Part shown: one piece after another, positions 41,293 to 53,469 of the stretch
Layout of the letters: each line of letters opens with the position of its first letter
Position numbering within the stretch: the stretch's first letter is position 1
Source: Octopus sinensis
Lineage: Eukaryota
Direction: 5' to 3'
Length of the DNA stretch: 64,000 nucleotides
Assembly: GCF_006345805.1 (NCBI RefSeq)
Contig: NC_042998.1
Location: 142,290,001 to 142,354,000 of the forward strand
Position numbers and translations under genes: made by a program
Notes under the pieces: model-generated
Told to the model about the DNA's origin: nothing
Databases searched by the model: none
The model's input: only the letters and a program-made list of their open reading frames with translations

Positions 41293-42036
41293 TGTAACTG
41301 TTGCAACTCAGGATCCTGTCCACATGACCTACAGTGGTGAAGCATAACTTTCGAACATTAGGCTTCACCAAGGAAATGACTAGTAACTGAGACCTTTGGA
41401 AAAATGCTGTGCATGAGAAGAGCCAGCAAGCCAAGTGAGACCATAATCACGTGGCCTATGCCAGGGGTGTAACCAGTCCACTTATGCGTACCTTTCCTTC
41501 ACTGGACACTAAACTCTGCTTGCGAAGAGCTGTTGAGGCAATTGAAATCGAAATCAAATTTGCTGACTGGCATCTGTGCTAGTGGAGCACTAAGAGCACC
41601 ATCTGAGCATGATCGTTGCCAGAGCAGCTAACTGGCTTCCATGCCAGTGGCATGTAAAAAGCACAATTCGAGTGTGATCATTACCAGTGTCGCCTTACTA
41701 GTACTTGTGCCGGTGACACATGACAAAACATTCGAGCAAGGTTGTTGCCAGTGCTGTTGGACTGGCTCCTGTGCAGGTGGCACGTAAAAAACATCATTTG
41801 AGCATGGCCAGTACCGCCTGACTGGCCCTCATGCCGGTGGCACATAAAAGCACTCACTACACTCTCGGAGTGGTTGGCATTAGGAAGGGCATCCAGCTGT
41901 AGAAACACTGCCAGATCAAATTGGAGCCTGATGCAGCCATCTGGTTTGCCAGTCTTCAGTCAAATCTTCCAACCCATGCTAGCATGGAAAGTGGATGTTA
42001 AATGATTATGATGATGATGATCATCATCATCATCAT
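41293..42036 (+). mobile_element. RTE 3' end with 3' UTR and (GAT)n tail
   Basis: VVKHNFRTLGFTKEMTSN*DLWKNAVHEK; same UTR as 38972-39600. Confidence 0.8.
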
Positions 42037-42039
42037 ATA

Positions 42040-42412
42040 CGAGACAGATATTGCTGCAATCCTAAATGATAATACAGTAGATAAGAAGACCTATATTGGA
42101 TTATGTAAAGGAGAATTTAAAATGACTATGCCAATCACATAACCTCCTTCCAACATAAGGACAAAAAGCAAAGCTACTAAGTTGACTAGCTACATGTGGA
42201 GTTTCAAAGATAAGGAAACACCACATGTGATTAAATGGAAAATAATTGAGAAATCCATACCTTATGTTAATGGATCCAATAAATGTAGGCTTCATTTAAC
42301 TGAAAGAACGCAGATCCTGTTCAGATCTAAGATCCTAAACTCTCTACTGAACTCTAGATCTGAAATTTTCAGCTGTTGCAAGCATATGTATAGATATATT
42401 TTGAAGAATTGA
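42040..42412 (+). mobile_element. Penelope-like GIY-YIG C-terminus
   Basis: IYETDI...KKTYIGLCKGEFK and SYMWSFKDKETPHVIKWKIIEK...NKCRLHLTERTQIL...LLNSRSEIFSCCKH. Confidence 0.8.
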
Positions 42413-42629
42413 AAAATTCTATCTATTCCTGATTCACTTCTTGATATCTTTCCAGCCTTATCTAGGGTCTGATGAGGATAATTCTTTCAACTTATACAAT
42501 TTAGTTTTTTTTACCTTTTCTTTTTTGCTTTCCCTTTTTTTAACCATTCACATTTTCTATATGCTGCCTTCTCAGTTTTCACATTTCTTCTCTTCTTCAA
42601 TTTTCTTAGTTCATTATGATATGTGATTT

Positions 42630-42686
42630 GTGCCTGATGAATATGTTAGAGATAGTTCACAACATACGAAACTATTAGTGTAGCAT
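42630..42686 (+). ncRNA. Candidate minimal hammerhead ribozyme in Penelope 3' pLTR
   Basis: GTGC-CTGATGA-a-TATGTT...AACATA-c-GAAA-CTATTAGTGT-A-GCAT. Confidence 0.55.
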
Positions 42687-43781
42687 TTAAAGGCATGTAT
42701 TGTGTCCTTTAAATAAATAATATATGTGTGTGTGAGTATACGTGTAGAAATATATATATATATACCTACACACACACACATATATATATATATGTAGATA
42801 TCTATATGTAGACATGTAGATATATCAATAAATGCCTGTTTTCCGTGATAGTTTGGGTTGGATGATTTAACAGGATCTGCTGATCTGTGTTTCAGTATTA
42901 GCTTTGGCCAAGTTTTTACACTGAGTACAGGGTGCTTTCTTTTTCTTGCGTCACCAGTACTAGTTAGGCTGCTGATTAACTCGCAAGATAGAAAATGAAC
43001 AGGAGAAAAAGAAAAAGGTAATAGTTCCGGCTACTAAAAGCAAAGATATGGAGCAGAACATGGAGAGGAAGAAGCATTGGTATCAACACCTCTATAGCTG
43101 CTTGCAGCATTTACTGACAGTGTATATTAAACAACTTGTTAAATGTTTAGCATTTAGGTACACCCTGGAACAGAAGGAGCTCTTGGGTATCTGTCTTTTC
43201 TCTACAAATACAGTTTGCATCTTGTACTGCTGTCAGATTAAGGCTTAAATTTTTCCAGTACCCTCCATCTAGTTTCGTATTTGATGGCTTTCTTTTTCAA
43301 ACACTATATGTACATGCCAATGTACGTATAGTGTCTGAAACATGCCAAATGCTGGATGCATTGCTTTACTCTCTGGACCTGACTTCTACATCATATACAA
43401 TGACTTCTGTGTTACAGAAACCATTGAGCAGATATGCAGTGTTATCTCTACATGAGCAACAGGCACTAGTGCTATTTGTGGACTTATTAAAAAAATACTC
43501 CTCATGTTAGCCATGCATCTGAATTAACCTTAAGTTTGTATTTATTAAATAACTTTCTATATTTAACTTATGTGTGGGTAGAAAATGGACCTAACATTTA
43601 AAGAGAAAATCATTTAATAGCTACATACTTAAGGTTTCCATCAATTATACAGCCCACAAAAAGAGTATCCTTTCATAGAACTCCACTTCTAAGTACATAA
43701 CAAATGGTGGCTATAACACTGGGAAATCTATCATATATATATATATATAAACACACACACACATATATATGCATACATACA

Positions 43782-43990
43782 CTTTTACTCTTTTACTTGC
43801 TTCAGTCATTTGACTGCAGCCATGCTGGAGCACTGCCTTTAGATCGACTCCAGGACTTATTCTTTGGAAGCCTAATACTTATTCCATCAGTCTCTTTTGC
43901 CGAACTGCTAAGTTACAGGTATGTTAACACATCAGCATCGGTTGTCAAGCAATGTTGGGGTGGGGAACAAACAGGGACACACAAACATAC

Positions 43991-44051
<61 letters not shown>

Positions 44052-44195
44052 ACAGGTTTCTTTCAGTTTCTGTCTACCAAATCAACTCACAAGACTTTGG
44101 TTGGCCCGAGGCAATAGTTGAAGACACTTGCCCAAGGTGCCACGCCGTGGGAATGAATCTTAACCATGTGGTTGGTAAGCAAGCTACTCACCACA
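43782..44195 (-). mobile_element. SINE family A
   Basis: Full head-to-tail match to family A with internal (AT)n. Confidence 0.8.
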
Positions 44196-45168
44196 CACAC
44201 AGATATATAAGTACATATATGTACACACACATATATATATGTATATATATATATATATATAAATATATACACACACACACACATTCACATACATATACAT
44301 GTATGTTTTACCTCTAACCTACTGAAAGGTATCCAGCAAAAGTCATGGACATTAGCTTTGTTCTATGAATAAAATACAAAGGAAAAGACTGATTGTCAAC
44401 TCCAGCACAGACTTAATGTATTGATAAGTATATTTTATCTTTTATTTCTTATAGTCATTAGACTGTGTTGGGACACTTTCTTGAAGAATTACAGTCAAAT
44501 GAATCAACTTCAGAACTTTTTGTTAAACCCTGGTACTCATTCTATCAGCCTTTTTTTTTTTTCGGCAGCATCCTGCCACTGCTATGATAATTGATTTGGC
44601 ATCAGGAATACCAAAGGATACAATTCATACTATATCTAACAGCCTTGAGAATATCTTTTCCTTGATCTGTACAATGAGTGGACCATGTAAAGTTCCATTT
44701 TTCAGTGTAGCTACATTAAGTGGATTCTTTGAAGTAAGTAAACAATTATTTTCTTCTTCACATTCAGTTTAATATTGATAAAATAGTTCTCAGCAATATA
44801 GCAGGTCTATCTCATCGAAATATACAAGGAATGTCATCAATCTAGATGCTAGAGTAAAACTTGTGAAATTAGTAGGAATAAACTGGTGTAATAAAGAAAA
44901 ATCCCCCCCAGAAATCTAGCTATACCTTTTATATACTTTGAGAAACTACAAATTTGCTGCCAGCTCCTTTTCAGCTTATAGAATATGACCACTTTCATAA
45001 TGCTATGACATTTGAAAACTTCTGTTGTTGGCTAGTATTCAAGTGTAATTTTTTACATTTGAGGCTTCTGCAAGTTGTTTTGAGATTCTGCGTTAAGAAA
45101 CATGAACATTTGATGCTGCACTTCTGAGAAGTTACGTAAGATTAAGACAGAAACTGTGCATATACTTA

Positions 45169-45405
45169 TAGGTGCAGGTGTGGCTCTGTGGTAAGGAATT
45201 TGTTTCCTGACCATATGATTTCAGGTTCAGTCTCACTGCATGGCAGGTTGGGCAAGTATTTTCTACTATAGCCTCAGGCCAACCAAAGTTTTGTGGGTGG
45301 ATTTGGAAACTGAAAGAAGCCCTTCATATATGTGTGTGTGTTTGTCCACTGCTAGACAACTTGTGTTGGTGTGTTTATGTCACCATAACTTAGCAGTTCA
45401 GCAAA
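45169..45405 (+). mobile_element. SINE family A, 3'-truncated
   Basis: GGTGCAGGTGTGGCTCTGTGGTAAG head; GGAAACTGAAAGAAGCCC. Confidence 0.7.
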
Positions 45406-45469
45406 AAAAAAATATATATAATATAATAAAATAAAATAAAATAATAGAATGTTAAATGTTCATTCTGAT

Positions 45470-45514
45470 TGAACTAGTACTTTCATGTATTACATTCTGC
45501 AATCTTCAGGTTCA
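45470..45514 (-). ncRNA. Candidate minimal hammerhead ribozyme in Penelope 3' pLTR
   Basis: Minus strand TGAAC-CTGAAGA-TTGCAGAATGTAATACAT-GAAA-GTACT-A-GTTCA; stem II register imperfect. Confidence 0.55.
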
Positions 45515-45949
45515 TGTAGTAGTGGTGACAGTCATGCTTCACAATGTTTGACTGTAGCGAGATGATTGAATCGGTGCCTTAAATACAGCTGTGTAGGCTC
45601 CAGATTGCTAGGTTTTGCAAACTGTATTCTGACCAATCAGTGTGTAGTATCACTCAATTACTTAAGCTGATTCGTTGGTTGAGCTGATTGGTTTAGGCGT
45701 CACGCTTTGTTGGACATGTCAAAAGTCCTGTATCTTAACCCTGGCCGAGGCAGCAATTGTTGGGCTATTTTTAGAAATGTTGTAAATAGCCTTTGTCAGA
45801 GATTTTTATATTTTTATATTTCAATTGCCATCAGCATCATTGTCAGCACCTTAATTATTGTGGCTAGTGGTGATGGTGGTGGCAATAGAACTTTTAACCC
45901 TAAATAAGATAATTTTCCTGCTATCTAAGTATTATTATTATTGCTTATT

Positions 45950-46970
45950 TAGCTTGGGTTCGAATTTATCAATAAAATTCTTTTCTCTGATTTTCCTCTC
46001 GATTTCACTTGGGCTGTGTAATTTGTAGAATGGAAATATTATATATATTTTCCGACCACATGTTACTCAAAGGTATCTGACGAATCTCTGGGTCTCTAAT
46101 CTGTTGTCGGTGTACACGTGAGCGTTCTGATAGTGCATTTCCCGTCTGACCTACATATATTTCTTCACAATTTGGGCATTTGATGCAGTAAATTAAATTT
46201 CTGCTTTTGCAGTTCATATTCGCGTTTGTGAATATTTTCCCGATTTTTGTGTTTATATATTGGCCGGTATGTATGAATTGGCATGTGCCACATCGGCTAT
46301 CATTGCATTTAGATACAGTGAATGTTTAGTCTTTGTTGCTAAGGTCAAATTTTGCCTTTGTTAGTAATTTTTTCAAGTTTTTAGGCTGTCTTTTACTAAG
46401 AACCATAGCTCGATCCGTGATTATGTCTTTTAATTCATTACTTTGGGCAATGATTGGTAGGTTTGCTTTGGCAATGTTGAAAATATTCTGGTGACATGGG
46501 TTGTGTGTCACTATGAATGGTATGACTTGTTCTTGTTTTCCTCTTCCTTGGGTTGTTGTATGGGTATTTTTATAGCCCGCTGTATGCTATTTTCTATAAG
46601 TAGAGATGGGTGTTTTTGTTTGAGCAAAAATTCTCTTAGTTCTGTTAGGCGTTTGTTCCTGATATTTGTATCTTCTATAATGGTACAAATTCTTCTGGCT
46701 AGGCAGTATGGGATGTTGCGTTTTGTATGTGGTGGATGGCACGACTTAAAATTTAGGTATTGATGTGTGTCTGTGTGTTTATAGTATATATCTGTGGTGA
46801 TGGTGGTGTCTTTTTTAATTACCATTATATCTAGTAATGGTAATTTGGTACTACTCATCTCCTTTGTAAATTGGAGAGATGGGTGTAGGTTGTTCTGGAG
46901 GATATTGAATTCTTCCAGAGTATTTAGAGATTCTGTCCAGATTATGAAGCAGTCGTCAAGGTATCGGAAG
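45950..46970 (-). mobile_element. Penelope-like element: RT from YLDD to end plus GIY-YIG endonuclease
   Basis: FRYLDDCFIIW; LPLLDIMV...DIYYKHTDTHQYLNFKSCHPPHTKRNIPYCLARRI; CKSRNLIYCIKCPNCEEIYVGQT. Confidence 0.9.
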
Positions 46971-46981
46971 AGTGTGTGTGT

Positions 46982-47012
<31 letters not shown>

Positions 47013-47052
47013 TACAGACAAGCAGTTAGATAACAAATACGTTGATAGCTAC

Positions 47053-47127
<75 letters not shown>

Positions 47128-47669
47128 TTGATTTTAAATATGTACTCTATAGGTTGTTTACACTAATCTTTTCTTCCTTAATTTATCTTTAATAACTAAC
47201 AATAACTTACCAAATTTTAACTATTGTACACTTCCATTTAGCATATTTCTCCATTAATGATATCAATTTTAATTCAATTATTCAATTCAATCATTCACAC
47301 ATGTTTACTTAGATACAGCCTCAATTCTTTCATAACGATTTACGTCACTTTTATAAAAGATTTTGTAGCACTTGAAGCACTGTACATAGCCTTAGAAACA
47401 TTCTTTTATTGCATGCAAACTCTATCGTTTAACTACTTTGCGTCATATCAATCATATCCATTTACCATAATGATATGTCAATGCGTCTGTCTAATTAATA
47501 TCTTTATATACTAATTATTTATTTAAATATCTAATTACTTGTAACTATACACCTACGTAGAATACTAACCTAAACCGATGTATTTTCGTAAATATGTCAA
47601 ATGTGTATTTCTTTGAGAAACATATATACTTCGTATATTGAAACGCTAATTGTTATATGCTACTACTAT

Positions 47670-48031
47670 TCACATGATTCACAGTTCAGTCCTGCCGCAT
47701 GGCAACTTGGGCAAGTGTACTCTATTAAAGTCATGGGCAAACCAAAGCGTTGTGAGTGGAATTAGTATAAAGATACTGACAGAAACTCCTAGTATATGTG
47801 TGTGTGAGTGTGTGTGTGTATGCATATATCTAAGGGTGTCTCTATGTTTGTTCGTTCACCACCACCATTTGACAACCAGTATTTGTTTGTTTAATTCCTG
47901 TAACTTAGCGGCTCAGTGAAAGATACCGATAGAATATGTACAAGACTGTGTTCCATTCGTTCGACTAAAGGCCTTCGAGATGGTGTCCTAGCACGGCCGC
48001 AGTTCAATGACTGAAACAAGTAAAAGTTAAA
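47670..48031 (+). mobile_element. SINE family A, diverged
   Basis: GGCAACTTGGGCAAGTGT...AAAGCGTTGTGAGTGGA...CACGGCCGCAGTTCAATGACTGAAACAAGTAAAAG. Confidence 0.7.
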
Positions 48032-48133
48032 AGATATATATATATATATACACATACATACATACATACATATATACATACATAAATACACACATACATG
48101 CATACATACATACATACATACATACATACATAC

Positions 48134-48191
<58 letters not shown>

Positions 48192-48293
48192 CATACATAC
48201 ATACATACATACATACATACATACATAATACATACATACATACTACATACATACATACTACATACATACATACATACATACATACTACATACA

Positions 48294-48327
<34 letters not shown>

Positions 48328-48506
48328 CATACATAAATACACACATACATGCATACATACATACATATATATCAGCTCCTGTGTTTAGGCATAATCAAAC
48401 TTTAGGTTAGTTAAAATATGTTTGTGACATATTTCAAATTCTAAAGGCAAATTCACTGCAGTTGAAGATTTCCTCTAATGGGAAAGGGTGTTAAAAACGC
48501 CATATA

Positions 48507-51365
48507 CAGAGTGCGGCGGGTATTTGAGGACAGTTTTGGTATATAATAAAACAACTATATTTCAGCATAAATAAATATGTATTTGAATAAACATTAGTGC
48601 AATTAGTCTTGATAATGATTTTTTAAGCAAATTATTCTATGAAACCGCCTTCGGCTTCGATGACTGCTTCAATGCGGGACCGAAACCGCTGGTATGCTGA
48701 CACTATATGATCCTTATTTATTTTGGATATCACCTGGACAATGACAGCCTTCAGTGAAGCTATGATATTATGAAGATGACGATTAGTCTTCCTTTCAACA
48801 GTGCTCCACATGTAGTAGTCTATGGGGTTCAAATCTGGCGAGTTTACAGGCCACATATTGGGTGTTACATAATCATAAAGATTGTCTGACAACCATTCTT
48901 GGGTGACTAGGACTTTGTGAGAAGGTGCTGAGTCTTGTTGAAACACGTATGGCCTTTCATTGCATACTGCATCAATCCAGGGCTTGATAACAGTTCCCAG
49001 TACCTCAATGTATCCAGCAGCATTAATTCTAAGACACTGTGAAAAAAGTGGAGAGGCATCACATTACCTTCGCTACTCACCATTCCTAAAACCATGACAG
49101 TTACTTGAAATTTCGTGTGTATCACTCTGGGTACTTCAGAAGGACCTGCACATAACCACCTGTCATTTCTTTTGTTAGACTTTTGATCCTAGTTAAAGTT
49201 TTTTCGTCAGAGGAAAACCAAAGCATGCCTTGTTGATGAGGGGTTTTCACTTCGTTAAGTAACCGTTTTGTACGGAGGATGCAGTCTTCCTGTATCTTTG
49301 CAGATACGAATTGGCCTTTCTTCATTACATTGGACTTCTATCGAATATCACAGTTCTGATAACCGAAGTTCCACTCTGACAACCGAAGTTCTTTAGCAAA
49401 GGACCTCAATGACCTTCTGGAGTTTTTATCGATAATGCTTTGAACATGTATAAATTCCGGCGTCTTTTTAGTATCTAAGCGCTGTGAATGTTTTTTTTTT
49501 CTCTTTGATACAGGTGAAACATTACCATCCTAGCAAGACCACTGCAGTTCCTCTTTCAGAGCTTCCTTGCAGCTGGCAAACTTCCAAGAAAACTGAAGGA
49601 AGGTAAAATATGCCCTATTCATAAAGGAGGTAGCAGAGCGGAGGCCAAGAACTACAGACCTATCTCTCTGACCTCACACATCAGCAAGGTCATGGAACGA
49701 ATAGTCAGAAGGAAACTGATCACCTTCCTTGAAGAAAATGACTTGCTGCCCGACACCCAACATGTTTTCCGACCAGGGAGAAGCTGTTTAACTCAGCTCC
49801 TGCAGCACTATGACTGGGTGCTGAAACAACTGCTCAACCACTCAAATGTGGAAGTCATATATCTCGACTTCGCAAAGGCCTTCGATAAAGTCGATCATGG
49901 AATGATATGTCACAAACTGCGTGATCTCAACATAGTTGGAAAACTGGGAGAATGGCTTCATAATTTTCTGAAAGATAGAAGTCAGGTGGTAGTAGCCAAT
50001 GGGGCCACATCCATTAACACGCAAATAGTGAGCGGTGTTCCGCAGGGCACTGTCTTGGGACCACTACTGTTCATAATGGCCCTCTCAGACATGCCCTCAG
50101 CCACGCAGAGAGCCACGATCACAAGTTATGCAGATGATACACAAGTTTCACAGGCAATACAGAACCCTGAGGACACTAAACGCCTGCAATGTGAGCTGGA
50201 CAAAATATACAATGGGCTGAAAAGAATAGCATGCAGTTCAATGCTGAAAAGTTTCAAGCTTTATACTATCAGCATGCAAAACTAAATGCAATACCCAATG
50301 AATACACTGGACCCGGAGGAATTGCAATCCCAGAGGCACAACCAGTGCGTGACCTGGGTATTTACATGAGTGATGACGCAACCTTTCGTGTACATGTTGC
50401 TAAATTGGCAATGAAATGTAGACGACTGGCCGGGTGGATTCTCAGAACCTTTAGAACAAGAGAACAAGAAACCATGATGGTCCTCTGGAGGACACTTGTC
50501 CTAAGCCACTTTGACTATTGCTCTCAGTTATGGTCACCATCCAGTGTCAAGTTGATCATAGAACTTGAGGCGATCCAACGTAGCTACACGAAGAAGATAG
50601 CCTCTATGCAGAATATAAGCTACTGGGAAAGACTCAAGAGATTAAAACTATATTCCTTGGAGCGTAGGCGGGAAAGATATGCCATAATATACATCTGGAA
50701 GATCCTGGAGGGACTTGTCCCGAACTTTGGCGTCGAGAGTTACACAAATGCCAGAACTGGGCGCCACTGCGTGGTGCCTAGGACTCCAAATTTGCCATCA
50801 AGATGTAGGACAAGATACTGTGATAGCCTGGGCTTCCGAGGCCCACAGCTCTTCAATATCCTCCCGAAGAACCTAAGAGACCTGCATGGGGTGGATGCAG
50901 ATGTCTTTAAAATGAAACTGGATCTCTTCCTGTCAGGTATCCCAGATGAGCCAACTTCACGGCAGGAGGTGCAGATGAGGGCAGCTGCATCGAACTCTCT
51001 CATGCACCAAATGGCAGTTGCTAAAAAGCTTTCGTGAAGTAAAACCATTTAGCAACACCAAATGGCGGTGCCCCAGCATGGCCACAGCTCATGAGCTGAA
51101 ACTAGAATCAATCAATCAATCAATCAATCACATGCCTTCAATTCCAACCGAAGTTTGTGTACAAATGATCTTGCAACATTGAGAAAGTTGCTAATTCCTA
51201 AATCACTGTGGTTTGCATGTATAGCAACTATGACTGCATGTCTTTTCATTTCTTGAGTTAGCATGATATCTTGAAAGGGTTATCCGCAAAAAAAACGATA
51301 TATTATATAATTTAAAAGTGTAATGAACTAAAAACGAAATGTCCTCAAATTCGTCTTGTAACTTG
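48507..51365 (-). mobile_element. DD37D (maT/Bmmar1-like) Tc1/mariner element, complete but interrupted by a CR1
   Basis: FSSDEK, FQQDSAPSH and WPVNSPDLNPIDY with 37 residues between the second and third D. N-terminus MLTQEMKRHAVIV at 51130-51270. Degenerate TIRs share ATTTGAGGACA at the same offset, with TA at both ends. Confidence 0.85.
49530..51129 (+). mobile_element. CR1-clade LINE, 5'-truncated, nearly intact RT, (AATC)n tail
   Basis: Open frame from ~49530 with NYRPISLTS, LDFAKAFD, GVPQGTVLGP, YADD; one frameshift near 50210; ends SNSLMHQ. Confidence 0.95.
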
Positions 51366-51403
51366 TATGTATGTATGTATGTATGTATGTATGTATGTAT
51401 GTA

Positions 51404-51463
<60 letters not shown>

Positions 51464-51613
51464 GTGACGTGAGTGTATCTTTCGCAGAATTAATATGTTC
51501 ACACAACACTCACCCCGTCCTACTCCAAACGTAGTTACGATATTAAACTAATGCAGTAACCAATACGGACGATCAACGATATCAAGTACTGCTGTCAACT
51601 ACTCTGTCAACTA

Positions 51614-53362
51614 ATTTCTTTTATTTCGCACACAGGCCATGACACAGAGTGGGCAACACGAGGACAGACAGAACACCACAGTGGGGACAAAAAGATAAAA
51701 CAAATGAATGAAGGATGAATAATAATTAATGAGGATTAAATGGCTGCATTGAACCCCACTCTCAAGCAGTACCATTTAAATGTTTTAATGTAAAGTTTTT
51801 TAAATCAATTTTTCTTTCTCTTTTTTCCTTCTTTTTTTCTTTTAGCATCTTGTGTACAATCTTTAGAATTTTAACATTTACTTACAGTTTACCCATGTAT
51901 GTATGGTAACAAGTCTTGATAGTCAATGACTGGTGGCAAGTCGTTGAATTCTACTCTTGCACCCATTGGGTCCATCCTGTTTCCGAACCATTCCTTCAAC
52001 TTTTTATATCTATCCTTACCTATCACTATTGCCTTCGTACTCTCTGGGTAATGCTCCACTGATAGTTTCACTCTTATCACCGATCTGAATTTGGTGACTT
52101 TTCCCTCGATCTCAGTACATTTTGAATATGTCACCATATGCCACTTGTTTTTTGCCTCTTTTGGGGTTGCTTGTTCCTGCAATAGAACTTGGTTTTCTGT
52201 GATGGTTTCCTTTGTTGTTGATGTTATTGAAATATCCATGCAGTATAGAATCTGTATCTTCCGTTCCACTCTCCTTCCTTTTCTTTAAAGGACTCTTCGG
52301 CGGTGAATTCAAACATTCCTTTCTCTTTTTCCTCGTTACTACCGTAAATGCCTCCTCCGCTTCTTCCCGGTAATTCTCTTTTACTGGGGCCGCCACTTCG
52401 GTACTCTGCTCTTGCTCGGTATTCTTCTCTTGCTGTTCTTCCTCACTTTTATTGTCTTTCTGGGAGCACCTTGCTCTCATGTGTCCTTTCTCTCCACATT
52501 TATAAAAAAATTGGTGGTCTTCCCTCTACCACTCTTAATATTATGTCGTCCGATAAAATTACCTCTTCCGATATTTCATGTAAGTCTTTCAGTCCGACTT
52601 GAATGACCATTCTAAGGCTATATACCCACTAGTTCACTTTTTTAGTTCCCGTCACTTTTAAAATCTTGGCGTCCTCTTCCATTTTATGCATAACGGCTAC
52701 CACGAGCCATGCTTCTTTTATCTCAGTGGGTACTCTACCTATCCTCACTCTAGCAACTCTCTTTCCGCAGTAAGTCGGCAAGAGTACCCATTCTTGCGTC
52801 CTGAACGTCACAGTGGAGTGAGTTATCGCTTCAGTTCGTTAGCGAACCTCACCTCCTCCACTGTGCCGTATTTCTTCCTCTCGTGTAGTTGTTAAGTTTC
52901 TTTAAGACATTCTTCAATTGCGGCAATTTCAATCTTCTTAAAAGTTGTCGACAACGTTCTGTAAACCACTGTTCTTTTTGCTATGCTGGTTGTTAATTAC
53001 TCTGGCGGGGTCAGCTTTAAACTGATTCCTTCCTTTGAAATTAGCGTGTTATATTCTTTTAATTTCTTCTGTTCGATTTTCACTTCACGAACCTCTAGCA
53101 CATCTGCTGCTACATCCTATTCCAGTTGCTGAAGCATAACTGCCGGCATTTACTGGAACCGGTTCGCAATCCATTCTTTTTTTCCACTTCACCCAAAAAT
53201 GGAAAAGAAGATAAACACGAAAATCACTAGCCCTTGGGCAAAAACAGTAACAATATTTAACAATTCAACAATTTAAAACAGATTCACCCTTACGGGAGAC
53301 CTTCAACAATACGACTTACGCCTAACCGAGATCAAAATGATTCAAACCCGACAAAAAAAACG
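51614..53362 (-). mobile_element. Full-length ORF1-only (HAL1-like) retroelement with 10-bp TSD
   Basis: T-rich 5' UTR; broken ORF from ~53175 to 51889 with degenerate knuckle (F/Y)KCGEKGHMRARC; ~270-bp 3' UTR ending CCTGTGTGCGAAATAAAAGAAA; flanks CTGTCAACTA (51604-51613) and CTGTTAACTA (53363-53372). Confidence 0.75.
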
Positions 53363-53469
53363 CTGTTAACTACCCACAGTTCACATTTTCTTTATTTTAT
53401 TGAAATGCGTTAGTCCACTTTCAGTCATGCGAGGTGGCCAGGATCCTTCCACAACGTCTCCCCTTTTTG

